A stretch of DNA of 64,000 bases from an uncultured virus (IMG/VR IMGVR_UViG_3300021599_002865) (IMGVR_UViG_3300021599_002865); one strand, 5' to 3'; numbered from the stretch's first letter, positions 46,689-56,353 are shown. Made by a program: numbers and translations. Notes: a model not told the origin generated them from the letters alone.

Positions 46689-47270
46689 TTAAATTGGTGA
46701 TTCTTTTGTTTTCTTTCTACTCGCCAAAACTTTACCCCATTTGGATTTGAATTTTTGGTAGAATTGTTGAAGTTTATTAATTAAATCCAGAAATTCTTGG
46801 TCAACCTTAACCATTTGTCCATTGATATAAATTCCACTATCTTCCCCAATTGTGAAGATAAATTCCAAGTCTTCATCAATTAATTTCCCAGACCATTCAA
46901 CATTATTTTGATAAACATTCAAGACATTGAAATCTACAAGGTCAGAAACCTCTTCTACGAATTCATCCATGGTTTCTTGGAATGCAACTTTATCGTCTGT
47001 TGTAATATCCAATTCACTTCTGTCCTTACCATGAAGGGCTAAGATTCCACCTGAAATTCTATATTTCTGAGTTTTGTCTTCAGGTGTTGGTTTTTCACCT
47101 TTCTCTTCATCAGAAACCGCAGTATCATATTGATTGTCTCTTTCAATCCTTTTTTCAAGGTCTTTGGCGACATTGATTTGTGTCTCTTGTTCGAATATCA
47201 GTCTCGATTTTTTCAAAAGAGATTTGATTTCATCGTATCTTTCTTCGTTAAGCATATTGTTCATTTTCAA
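46689..47270 (-). CDS. hypothetical protein
   Basis: 193-aa ORF. Confidence 0.7.
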   Translation of the reverse strand: MKMNNMLNEERYDEIKSLLKKSRLIFEQETQINVAKDLEKRIERDNQYDTAVSDEEKGEKPTPEDKTQKYRISGGILALHGKDRSELDITTDDKVAFQETMDEFVEEVSDLVDFNVLNVYQNNVEWSGKLIDEDLEFIFTIGEDSGIYINGQMVKVDQEFLDLINKLQQFYQKFKSKWGKVLASRKKTKESPI

Positions 47271-47853
47271 AATATTTTTGTAAGGTCTCGAATTGAAATG
47301 AAGGATTTAGGTCCGTATACATTGTGTCGATATTACTCCTTGAAATTATTCCCTCCCAATCAGTAATCCCATCGATTTTTGTGTTATGACCTATTGACCT
47401 CAGTTTTATGTTAAGCGACTCTCCTAGCATTTTACACAGTTCAGCTGTTGATTCCATTTGAATGTCAGTGTAAGGTTGCCAAAAAAAGTAGTCTCTCCAT
47501 TTTTTTTCATAAACCTTGTCATTATAAATACTTCCAATCCAGTTAATATAATGATTGGTTAATGGTTTCTTTTCCAACCATCCAAGGTTCTCAAGACATA
47601 TTATGACTGAGTTCTTATTGATTTGTTCCTTAGGAAATATGTTCGAATGACCTAACTCTGGTAGAAGTTGTAAAACCTCACCCTTTCTTGTTACAACGTA
47701 GTTTGGGATTTTATCATATTGTCCATTATATCTAAATTTAAGGGAGACCAGGAATTCCCCGACCTCCCTTGAAGTATGACATAATATTATTTGATTTTTT
47801 TTCTTTTGTTTCCCAATCGGTTTGAAGTTTCCGTATTTTTGGATTTTAAGCAT
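47248..47853 (-). CDS. N-acetylmuramoyl-L-alanine amidase (Amidase_2)-like protein
   Basis: IILCHT, NYVVTRKGEVLQL, NKNSVIICLEN, PYTDIQMES..EL, DLNP. Confidence 0.7.
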   Translation of the reverse strand: MLKIQKYGNFKPIGKQKKKNQIILCHTSREVGEFLVSLKFRYNGQYDKIPNYVVTRKGEVLQLLPELGHSNIFPKEQINKNSVIICLENLGWLEKKPLTNHYINWIGSIYNDKVYEKKWRDYFFWQPYTDIQMESTAELCKMLGESLNIKLRSIGHNTKIDGITDWEGIISRSNIDTMYTDLNPSFQFETLQKYFENEQYA

Positions 47854-48565
47854 CTCTTCTCAAATAACTCAATACCTTTTTATTATTAGTTTCTTTAACT
47901 GAGGGTGTTTCATCATAAACAATTGGTTCTTGTAGGTTTCCAAACTTTTGTTCATTTAGTTTCCTCAGTTCTTCTTCAAGTTTTTTTAATTCATCTTCAG
48001 TTGGAGTGAATTTTTCTTTTTCGATTTCGGCCTCTTTCAGTCCAGCTTGTTTACTCAATTCTTCTATATCCAAGTCGAAATTATTGACCGGTAGTTTTCT
48101 TTTTTCTTCCTCTTCGAATTTCACAAGCATGTGTAGGAACGATAAGGATATCAATGGTAACATACCACCTGCGAACAAAGCCAAGAATCTTTTGTGTCCA
48201 ACGAGGTCACCAGATTCTACACCTAAAAATGAAACGATGGGGTCAACCATATCAACCCAATCTTTGAAAGATTCGCTGTTTATATCAATATATTGATATG
48301 CAAAAAATATGTTTCCAATGAATTGTATCAACGTAACAATGATGAATGGGAAATATACTTTTTTACCCATTTGAGCCGCAATTGCGGCTAACGCTGATAA
48401 AGCAGCGATTTCAATCCCTATTGAAAGATATATCGACCAACTCAATGGATTAGAAATACCATACCAAGTTGTTACGTGAGAAATGGAAACAATAGCAACC
48501 GTAATAATCGGAACCAAGAAGGCAACGTATATTAGGGTTTTAAAGTTTTTTTGTATCCAGTTCAT
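47846..48565 (-). CDS. four-TM membrane protein with a charged tail (holin/antiholin candidate)
   Basis: Four hydrophobic helices; next to the amidase. Confidence 0.55.
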   Translation of the reverse strand: MNWIQKNFKTLIYVAFLVPIITVAIVSISHVTTWYGISNPLSWSIYLSIGIEIAALSALAAIAAQMGKKVYFPFIIVTLIQFIGNIFFAYQYIDINSESFKDWVDMVDPIVSFLGVESGDLVGHKRFLALFAGGMLPLISLSFLHMLVKFEEEEKRKLPVNNFDLDIEELSKQAGLKEAEIEKEKFTPTEDELKKLEEELRKLNEQKFGNLQEPIVYDETPSVKETNNKKVLSYLRRDA

Positions 48566-48846
48566 TATTTTTTATTTAATTTTTTTATTTCTTCTTCGAT
48601 TTCAGTTTGTCTTCTTACATCAAGAAGTTTTCTATCTGTCGCTTGAATCATTCTTTTTTCAGCCTCAAGACCTGAAATCTTAAGTTCCTTATTCAACTCG
48701 GTTTTAGTATAAGTTGAATCTTTTATTGCTCTTATTTCTGATTTAATCCTACTTAAATCTCTTGAATCTCCACATCCCTTAAAAAAGGTTAATACCGCAA
48801 TTACCAATACGATAACTGTGAAATTGTTTTGAATAAATTTTTTCAT
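48565..48846 (-). CDS. putative lipoprotein with a coiled coil
   Basis: Hydrophobic leader ending FFKG-C. Confidence 0.5.
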   Translation of the reverse strand: MKKFIQNNFTVIVLVIAVLTFFKGCGDSRDLSRIKSEIRAIKDSTYTKTELNKELKISGLEAEKRMIQATDRKLLDVRRQTEIEEEIKKLNKK

Positions 48847-48899
48847 AATTTTATAATTTTAATACAACTTAGATTTATAATTTTAATATCATAAAAATA

Positions 48900-48930
48900 T
48901 AAAAGGTGTATCTAATAAATACACCCTTTA
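48900..48930 (-). terminator. hairpin after the sigma gene that contains a TATTTAT motif
   Basis: TAAAAGGTGTAT-CTAATAA-ATACACCTTTTA. Confidence 0.6.
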
Positions 48931-48937
48931 CCTTTAA

Positions 48938-49735
48938 TTACATGTAGTCGAACAAACTACCCGTTTCATTCCTAAGTTTTCTGAGGGCTTTTTCTTTGAT
49001 TTGTCTAACCCTTTCCTTAGTTAAATCAAAGTCATTACCAATATCTTCTAATGTTCTTGTTGAGCCAGATAACCCGAAATAATCTTGGATGATTACCTTT
49101 TCTCTTTCATCGAGAACATCGAGAAGTGAAAGTAATTTATCTTTAAGTGTTTGCTCTGAAGAAAGTCCTGAGTCCGCACTTTCAGCATTTGGATTTGGAA
49201 CAACATCCAAAAGCGTATCTCCCTCTTCGTTAAGTGGGCTATCCAAGTTCACAATAGATGGTAGGTTGAGAAACTTCTCAGGAAGTTCAGTCCCCACCTT
49301 GTCAAGTTCTTTTTTCGCCTTATGTAGTTCTTGAACCACATTTACTGGTAGTCGAATTGTTCTAGCATTTTCATTCAAGGATTGAAGTATGGATTGTCTA
49401 ATCCACCACACAGCGTATGATATGAATCTAAGATTTTTTGACCAATCAAAATTCTCAATCGCTTTCATAAGACCATAATTACCTTCAGCGATAAGGTCAG
49501 GTAAATCTAACCCTTGGTTTTGATATTGTTTGGAAACAGTAATCACAAACCTTAAGTTACCCTCGAGAATTTCTTTTTTTATTTCTTCCTTCTCTTGGAT
49601 TGAGATTCTACCTGATAACATTTTTCTAGAAAGTTCTCTTTCTCTCTCTACCGTCATTACCTTAAGTTTTCTTACTTCTTTAAGGTAGGCGTTAATTTCT
49701 TCCTGATTAATTGGGATTACACTTTTTTCCTTCAT
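48938..49735 (-). CDS. RpoD/sigma70-family sigma factor without region 1.1
   Basis: YLKEV, NLRFVITVSKQYQNQG...DLIAEGN.GL.KA, RFISYAVWWIRQSI, RTIRLP, TLEDIG...LTKERVRQIKEKALRKLR. Confidence 0.95.
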   Translation of the reverse strand: MKEKSVIPINQEEINAYLKEVRKLKVMTVERERELSRKMLSGRISIQEKEEIKKEILEGNLRFVITVSKQYQNQGLDLPDLIAEGNYGLMKAIENFDWSKNLRFISYAVWWIRQSILQSLNENARTIRLPVNVVQELHKAKKELDKVGTELPEKFLNLPSIVNLDSPLNEEGDTLLDVVPNPNAESADSGLSSEQTLKDKLLSLLDVLDEREKVIIQDYFGLSGSTRTLEDIGNDFDLTKERVRQIKEKALRKLRNETGSLFDYM

Positions 49736-49738
49736 AGA

Positions 49739-50257
49739 TTAATTTTTACTATAACTCTTTAATATATCTTTTTCGAACTCTGTAAGATTTTCAAACCCTT
49801 TGTCAATCATCTTGTCCAAAATTTGGTCTAAGGATGGTTTAGGAAACAGGTTATTCTTTTCACCCAAAAGTAATGCCACAAAATCGTCATCTTCCTCTTC
49901 GTCCATGAAATCTAAATTCCTTTTAATTCTATTAAGGTCGATATTCATCTCAACGTCATCACTTGAATTTTCTAAGTCTAAAAGATGACTTTCTATTTCT
50001 TTCGGCATAGACAATGTCATATTGTCATGTAATTCTGTCAGAATAAATGCTTCGGTTATACCATAGAGAATTCCACGGATGTATTCAAATATTTCACTTT
50101 TTTCAACCTCAGAGGCAAAATGGAATATCAAAATACCGTTTGTGTGTTGGAATTTCATGTGAGGTGAGTCAACAATAGGGGTTAATGATAGTGCTAACTC
50201 TTGACACATCTTCTCGTTTTCGAATTTACCAATTACTGATAAAATGTATTTTTTCAT
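49739..50257 (-). CDS. hypothetical protein
   Basis: C-terminal LDQILDK....G.ENLT..EK..L motif; TATATTTG at 50262-50269. Confidence 0.7.
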   Translation of the reverse strand: MKKYILSVIGKFENEKMCQELALSLTPIVDSPHMKFQHTNGILIFHFASEVEKSEIFEYIRGILYGITEAFILTELHDNMTLSMPKEIESHLLDLENSSDDVEMNIDLNRIKRNLDFMDEEEDDDFVALLLGEKNNLFPKPSLDQILDKMIDKGFENLTEFEKDILKSYSKN

Positions 50258-50271
50258 AAAGCAAATATAGG

Positions 50272-50811
50272 TTAAACTCTCTTGGATAATCCAACTATTT
50301 GATAAAAATCTTTTTTTCCTTCACAATACTCTTTTACCAAAGTAAGTAGCCCGCGAAACATAAAAGCATCATCTGATTGTTTTTCACACTTTGAAAAAAG
50401 TTCAACAAATGCTGTAATTGTTTCAACTGTATAATACCCATGACCCCTAAGTTGAGAGTGTTTATTACCCATAACTTGTGGGTGTTTCAAATCGTATGTA
50501 TTTCTTTCTTGAATAGATGAGAACTTTTCGGACTCATCGTAGATTTTTATGAGGTCATTAACAAAACTATATAGATAGTTCATTTTGAAAACTGAACTAT
50601 GAGACCCTTTAACCAATAAGTCAACTATCCAATGTGTGTGAGATGGGGTTCTCAACCTTTTTCCCTCTTCTTTATACTTAACCACAAAATCAAGCTCGGG
50701 GTTTTGACCTCGTTCGCCTTGATAAATAGCAACTTCTGTAACTAAGTCAGTTTTCCAAACTTTGATTGGGTGATGTTCAACCCCTATTTTCTTGAATGTT
50801 AAATGTTTCAT
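50272..50811 (-). CDS. hypothetical protein
   Basis: RLRTPSHTHWIVDLL; ATGA overlap. Confidence 0.7.
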   Translation of the reverse strand: MKHLTFKKIGVEHHPIKVWKTDLVTEVAIYQGERGQNPELDFVVKYKEEGKRLRTPSHTHWIVDLLVKGSHSSVFKMNYLYSFVNDLIKIYDESEKFSSIQERNTYDLKHPQVMGNKHSQLRGHGYYTVETITAFVELFSKCEKQSDDAFMFRGLLTLVKEYCEGKKDFYQIVGLSKRV

Positions 50812-51284
50812 AGATATACTCTTCCTTTTTTTCCTGAATGTTGTTCATACCATTTACCTTCATTATCCAACCATACGTAAGGGTCTGAAGGGTCTTCGGA
50901 CCACCCATATTTTTGATAAAATTCAGGTTCTTTTTTCAAAAGATTGGCACGGTGAGATGAATGAAATCTTTCGTTTCCAATGAATGGTGGTATAATAACA
51001 TCATTCTCAATGTATTGTTCAAAACTCATCGTATTCTTGAATCCTCGACAAATCCATTCTGCAATTGAATAATTCATATACAATTTCAACGCAGGGACAT
51101 AGTCTCTCCACATAACCGTGCAAGGATGGTTTAACCAACCTTTGTATGGTGTTCCATCTAACTTAGGCCTACGGGTGATTGCTGATATTATTTGATAAGT
51201 TTCAACTCTTTGTTTACCGAGACGTTTGTTGTCGAGGGATTTAAGAGATTTTCTCATATCGGAATATGGTAAGAAAATTTGCAT
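50808..51284 (-). CDS. pyrimidine-dimer DNA glycosylase / endonuclease V-like protein (MSMEG_6728-like)
   Basis: MQIFLPY...LDNKRLGKQRVE..QI...GWLNHP..VMW...HSSHRANLL.K.P..Y. Confidence 0.85.
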   Translation of the reverse strand: MQIFLPYSDMRKSLKSLDNKRLGKQRVETYQIISAITRRPKLDGTPYKGWLNHPCTVMWRDYVPALKLYMNYSIAEWICRGFKNTMSFEQYIENDVIIPPFIGNERFHSSHRANLLKKEPEFYQKYGWSEDPSDPYVWLDNEGKWYEQHSGKKGRVYL

Positions 51285-51312
51285 GCTGCAATGATACTGA
51301 ATATTTTTACAA

Positions 51313-52083
51313 TTACAAAATTTGGTCCAACTTAATAATAAGTTCATTTTTGGGTATACTTCTTGGACCTGTAGTATCACCTGAACTAAATTGAATTTGT
51401 GATATTAAACGTTGAGCTGTTTGAGGGTCTTCGACTCTAAGAAAATAATGTGAAGTAATTGATACATCTGTATCAGTGAAAACATCTCCAGCATTGATAC
51501 CAACTCTTCTGATTGCTAAATTCGCATGTTGTTTTGTGGTGAAAGTAAATTTTGTGGGAGAAAGTTTTATTTCTTTCTCTCTAAGAACTTCGGTTTTTTT
51601 CAAGATAACCCAAACACATGGGACCATGAAATCTTTTCCTTCGAACGTAAAAATATCCTCAGTTAAATCCTGAATTAATGAAACCTCAAAGTTGAGAGGA
51701 ATCTTGTCAATCATTGACCTTTTTTTGAAACCTTTGGGTAATATGAATGCGATTGTGTCTGCGTGAAGACAACACTTTTTTATAAATTTTAATGCAAGAC
51801 TTGAATTTCTCCCAAATGGAGGATTACCAAAGAAAAGCACTTTACGATTCCCCAAGAAACTTAAATCCTTAGTCAAAAAATTACATTGTTCTATATCATC
51901 AGACTTAGGTTCAATGTCGTAGGCTATTTTGTCTTGGTGTTCCGCCAAATGAAAAAAAACACCCTCTCCTGCCGATGGCTCTATGATTGTATCATAATCA
52001 GTTAGATTCAGAGTCTCTAAACACCTTCGAGCGACCTCAGATTTTGTATAAAATTGGTCTAAACCATACTTACTTTTTGACAT
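51313..52083 (-). CDS. N6-adenine DNA methyltransferase (gamma-type motif order)
   Basis: LDQFYT, IIEPSAGEG, YDIEP, GNPPFG, IAFILP. Confidence 0.85.
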   Translation of the reverse strand: MSKSKYGLDQFYTKSEVARRCLETLNLTDYDTIIEPSAGEGVFFHLAEHQDKIAYDIEPKSDDIEQCNFLTKDLSFLGNRKVLFFGNPPFGRNSSLALKFIKKCCLHADTIAFILPKGFKKRSMIDKIPLNFEVSLIQDLTEDIFTFEGKDFMVPCVWVILKKTEVLREKEIKLSPTKFTFTTKQHANLAIRRVGINAGDVFTDTDVSITSHYFLRVEDPQTAQRLISQIQFSSGDTTGPRSIPKNELIIKLDQIL

Positions 52084-52588
52084 AATCTAAAAAAGTTTCC
52101 AAGTTTTTGTAAGAAACCGCAGATTGTATTCTACGTTGGGTTTTATGGTCTCTTTTGAATCTAGGTTGAACGATTCTTTCTTCACCCCACTTTTCTTTCC
52201 ACTCTTTTACTTCAGACTTCCAAGTGGTATCGTAGTCATAACTATTGGAAACAACATTTTTAATCCAATGTTTAAGTTCTTCGAAGTGTTCCCAAGTGAA
52301 TAACTCTTTCCATTTTTCAACGTCTACTAATATAACTTTTTCTTCAACAATGTTTGATTTTTTACCTTTCCAAACACCATACATTAAATAGAAGTCTTTA
52401 TCTCTCGATACATTATTGAATATATCGGCCAAGGGAATTTCCGAATTTTGTTTGAAGGTTTTAACTACACATGGGGTTCCATCTTGACGATAGGCATCCC
52501 AAATACCCGTGTAGTTATCATCTGAAGATAGGTTATATCTTTCACAGAGTTGTCTTTGGTAATCAAAACCGTGACCTTGTCTTTCCAT
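52070..52588 (-). CDS. putative Type II restriction endonuclease
   Basis: Overlaps the MTase; QGHGFDY...WDA...VKT.K......AD nuclease-like pattern; QRRIQ. Confidence 0.5.
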   Translation of the reverse strand: MERQGHGFDYQRQLCERYNLSSDDNYTGIWDAYRQDGTPCVVKTFKQNSEIPLADIFNNVSRDKDFYLMYGVWKGKKSNIVEEKVILVDVEKWKELFTWEHFEELKHWIKNVVSNSYDYDTTWKSEVKEWKEKWGEERIVQPRFKRDHKTQRRIQSAVSYKNLETFLDYVKK

Positions 52589-52606
52589 ATCGCAAATGTA
52601 TGGCTT

Positions 52607-54985
52607 TTATTGAGAAACTTTAGAAATATTTTCCGTTTTTGAAATTCTAACCACATTATTAGCCCAATTGTTTACCAAAGGATTGTGCGTGATAACAAAA
52701 ATCTTCTCGAAGTATTCTCTCATCTTAGAAAAAAACTCCCCTACCATTTCTAAGTTTTCGTTTGAAATCTTACCAAAAACTTCGTCCCATACAATAATGT
52801 TTGGTTTTGGTAATGAACACACTTTTGACAACACGGCTCTTAGTGCCATAGCAGCTATCGTTCTTTCATAACCAGACCCTGATGTCATTGGTTTTTCGAT
52901 TCCAGTTGAATTATCAATCATCATGAATTCTACCTCATTTTTATCGTTAATTCTTATTTCAAGATTGAAATAACAAGAATCCATGAGGAGTCTTTGAAGT
53001 TCTTGATTGATTAACGGCATCATCGTCTTCATTATAATTTTCGAGATACCATTTTTACCAAATACCTCCAAATATATCTTATATATTTTTTCCCTTTCAA
53101 ACTCCTCGGTAATTGTTTGAATCATTTCGAGATTCTTATCGATTTGTTGTTTGAGGTTTTTTATTTGAAGTTGGTTAGATGTTATAGTTCTTTCGTAATC
53201 TCTCTTCTCATTAATTAAATCGTCTATCCTCATTCCCGCCTTCACTAACTGAGCATCAATATCATTGTTCTTTTTAATCTTATCTTGAACTTCTTCATAT
53301 CTTGTCAGTTTGTCTTGAGCTTGCTCGAGTTTAAGTTTCGTAGACTCCAAAGACAATTCATACTTTTCTTTTATGAGTTTGTTTCTTTCATACTCATCAA
53401 AGTCTTTTTTCAGTTGGGTGAAAGACTGTTCTTTTTTTTCTAAATCTCCGATTTCTTTTCTGAATTCCCTGACAAGTTTTTTATATCCTTCTAACTGTTC
53501 TATTTTTTTCTTTGTTAGGGATGCCTCCATTAATTTGATTCCGCAGTGCTCGCACTGGATTCCATCCCCATACTTTTCTATCAATTCTTGTATTTCTTCA
53601 ACTTTATTTTCTGCTAACACCAACTCACCATTTCTCGATTTGATTACATCTTTCACCGCGTCGTGTTGGTCTTCATGATAGAACTCTTTGGGCTCAATAA
53701 TCTTAACTTCGTTTATTTGAGTTTGAATCGACTTAGATGAATTTTTGAAGTTTTCTATTTCTGTCTTGAGAGTATTTGGATTTAGTCTAACAAGTTCTTG
53801 GTCTATGTCGTTATGCTTGGATTTAAGAAGATTTTCTTTATAATCTTGACCCTTTTGAAGCCTGTTATCAACATCTTTCATTTTTTCCTGAGAATCGATA
53901 ATTTGACTGTCGAGAACTTTTATTTCTTCATTTGACTCTGAATTGTTTTGCTTCAAAGTTTCAGTATTATATACATTGGACAACATACCTTTAGAAAAGT
54001 CAGAATAAATTTCTTTACCTGTTTCTTCTTTTTTCTTCAGGAATTCGAGCCCCAAAAATCTACTCAACACTTGTCCACGTGCTGTTGGCTTTGCCTCCAA
54101 TAAATCCTCTAAATTCGAAGCGGTAGTCACAATGGTCATCAAAAAGTCATCGATATTACCTATCGATTTTTTGATGAAGTCCTCAGTCTCTCTCCTTTGT
54201 TCACCAGTGAAGTTTTGAAGTTGTCCATCAGCGAGTTTTTTGAAAAACTCCAATTCAGTTTTAACATTCCATTCTCCTGACTTAGCCTTTTTTCTTTCAA
54301 TTTGTCTTGCAATAACATATTCCTCACCATCAATAACAATTTCACCTCTAACGGTTACTTTGTTTTTGTCAGAAAAACGGTTAAAGATTTCCTCTGCTTT
54401 CTGTGTTTTGGTTGTTGAGTTAAAGAATAAGAACAATAATAAATCTACCGTCAATACAGTTTTTCCTCCAAAGTTTGGTGGGTCAGATTCAACTACTGTG
54501 ATACCATTACACTTGTCAAAATCAATTACTTGATTTTCCCCGTAAGAAAGAAAGTTACTAAACTCTATCTTTTTGATATACCATCTCTTGAAGGGGGTTA
54601 CTTCGACCTCATTTATCAACATTCTATTTTCAACCGCTAAGTCGATATTCATGACTTGGTCAAAATACTGATGTTGGTTTTTAGATTCCAAGAAATTTCT
54701 GACCAACTCTCTGAGATAGTTTTGGTCCATGATATTCATGGTAACATCTATAGTTTGCTGGGTATCGTCTGTTGTTTTTACTTTGGTAATTACATTTACG
54801 TTTGTTGAGGCATACTTCTTCATGAAGTATTGCTTAACAGACTTGATTCTTTCTTGTGTAAAATTTTCAGAAGAGTCTTCCCAAATCACTTGAATGTAAG
54901 GGTTATCCAAAGCTGAAGTATCGAGTTTGTGTGACATCTCTTTGTAGTTAAATTCTGGTTTTGGATTGAACAAATCCCATTTCAT
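52607..54985 (-). CDS. sbcC: SbcC/Rad50 (gp46-like) recombination ATPase with an N-terminal extension
   Basis: FSNFLSYG, NFGGKT, zinc hook CEHCG, signature SGYE, Walker B IVWDEVFG, ITH. Confidence 0.9.
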   Translation of the reverse strand: MKWDLFNPKPEFNYKEMSHKLDTSALDNPYIQVIWEDSSENFTQERIKSVKQYFMKKYASTNVNVITKVKTTDDTQQTIDVTMNIMDQNYLRELVRNFLESKNQHQYFDQVMNIDLAVENRMLINEVEVTPFKRWYIKKIEFSNFLSYGENQVIDFDKCNGITVVESDPPNFGGKTVLTVDLLLFLFFNSTTKTQKAEEIFNRFSDKNKVTVRGEIVIDGEEYVIARQIERKKAKSGEWNVKTELEFFKKLADGQLQNFTGEQRRETEDFIKKSIGNIDDFLMTIVTTASNLEDLLEAKPTARGQVLSRFLGLEFLKKKEETGKEIYSDFSKGMLSNVYNTETLKQNNSESNEEIKVLDSQIIDSQEKMKDVDNRLQKGQDYKENLLKSKHNDIDQELVRLNPNTLKTEIENFKNSSKSIQTQINEVKIIEPKEFYHEDQHDAVKDVIKSRNGELVLAENKVEEIQELIEKYGDGIQCEHCGIKLMEASLTKKKIEQLEGYKKLVREFRKEIGDLEKKEQSFTQLKKDFDEYERNKLIKEKYELSLESTKLKLEQAQDKLTRYEEVQDKIKKNNDIDAQLVKAGMRIDDLINEKRDYERTITSNQLQIKNLKQQIDKNLEMIQTITEEFEREKIYKIYLEVFGKNGISKIIMKTMMPLINQELQRLLMDSCYFNLEIRINDKNEVEFMMIDNSTGIEKPMTSGSGYERTIAAMALRAVLSKVCSLPKPNIIVWDEVFGKISNENLEMVGEFFSKMREYFEKIFVITHNPLVNNWANNVVRISKTENISKVSQ

Positions 54986-54987
54986 TA

Positions 54988-55173
54988 TTATTGAGGTGTT
55001 GTTGTTAGACCTGATGTTTGAGCATCTTTCTTCTTCATTTCCTCTATCTGTAGTTTCATTTGTTCCTCAAACAATTTTTGCATAACATTTTTTTGTGCAT
55101 TGATTTGAGTGTTTCTTGATTGAACTCTTTTTCTGTGAGCCTTTGCTCCACCTCTTTTTTTTGACGTTCCCAT
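54988..55173 (-). CDS. small basic hypothetical protein
   Basis: Operon packing. Confidence 0.6.
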   Translation of the reverse strand: MGTSKKRGGAKAHRKRVQSRNTQINAQKNVMQKLFEEQMKLQIEEMKKKDAQTSGLTTTPQ

Positions 55174-55176
55174 TTT

Positions 55177-55530
55177 TTAATTGTTTTGTTGTGGTCTATT
55201 TTGTTCAAACCACTCGATTATTGAATTAATTGCCCATACAGAACCAGAAGCCAACATCCCATCAAAAAACCACGATACAAATGGTGATACTTCAAGTATA
55301 GTATGAACTGGTGAATATAAGAAAATTCCGAAGAAAAATCCAACCCAAGTTGGTGTGCACATCATACATTTCAACATATCGGATAAGAAAACCCAAAATC
55401 CATTGAATAGTGTATGCTCGCTTGCCGCCAATTTGTTTATTTTATTTCTCGGTCCGTTGAAAATGCTCCCATAAACCAAGATGTTGCTTATTCCATAAGT
55501 CATTATCATCCATAAAATTAATTGTGTCAT
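55177..55530 (-). CDS. membrane protein with CxxC (DUF1360-like)
   Basis: IF..PR...CMMCTPTWVG with TM helices. Confidence 0.6.
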   Translation of the reverse strand: MTQLILWMIMTYGISNILVYGSIFNGPRNKINKLAASEHTLFNGFWVFLSDMLKCMMCTPTWVGFFFGIFLYSPVHTILEVSPFVSWFFDGMLASGSVWAINSIIEWFEQNRPQQNN

Positions 55531-55536
55531 AAAATA

Positions 55537-56352
55537 TTATTTATAAAGATTATCATCAAGATTCGAGCCCCTCAAGAACATTGCTTTTTTATCTTCTTGG
55601 AACTTTTGAATATCTTGAATTGTTTTTTCGTATTCTTTTATTTTTTTGTCTTTTTCTATGTTGTCTTGTTTTAGTTTCTGAACTGTATTCTGTAAAGCAT
55701 CCAGTTTAGGTTGTAAATCCCCTCCTGTGACTTTTTCAATCACCACTTCTTTGATGACCTCAATTGGAATTTCTTTAGTAACCTCCACTATTTTTTCCTG
55801 TATCACAACTTTGTCAACAGGGATTTCTTTTACAACTTCAACAATCTTTGGTGGTTGATTTTCCAACTGTTGTATTTTGAACAACAACTCATTTATTTGA
55901 GTATCGTCTGAAACTTTTACGATTTTTTCAATCACTTTTTCAACAGGCACCTCTTTTACTATTTCTTTGACCACAACTTTTTCAACAGGGATTTCTTTGA
56001 TTACCTCGACCACATTTTCAACTACCTTTTCAATTGGAATTTCTTTTATGACCTCAACAATTTTTTCTACAATAACCTCTTTGATAACTTCGACTGGTTT
56101 TTCAATCTCCACATATTCAATTTTGACAACTTCTTTTTCAATTTCCACCGGTATCTCAACTCTCTTTACAACTTCTTTGATGACTTCTTTTTCGGTCACT
56201 TTTGGTCCAGCATTTAACAAACCATATCTTTCAATGTTGAATCCAGTTGTAAAGGATTCCTTGACAACTGAGCTTATAAGTAAATCGTTGAGATTACAAT
56301 AAGAAACCAATTCTTTAAGTTCATCTTTGGAAAGATTAAGTTTAACTTCCAT
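55537..56352 (-). CDS. protein with V/I/E/K/P (articulin/IMCp-like) repeats and a coiled coil
   Basis: Repeated EKIVEVIKEIP(V/I). Confidence 0.75.
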   Translation of the reverse strand: MEVKLNLSKDELKELVSYCNLNDLLISSVVKESFTTGFNIERYGLLNAGPKVTEKEVIKEVVKRVEIPVEIEKEVVKIEYVEIEKPVEVIKEVIVEKIVEVIKEIPIEKVVENVVEVIKEIPVEKVVVKEIVKEVPVEKVIEKIVKVSDDTQINELLFKIQQLENQPPKIVEVVKEIPVDKVVIQEKIVEVTKEIPIEVIKEVVIEKVTGGDLQPKLDALQNTVQKLKQDNIEKDKKIKEYEKTIQDIQKFQEDKKAMFLRGSNLDDNLYK

Positions 56353-56353
56353 C

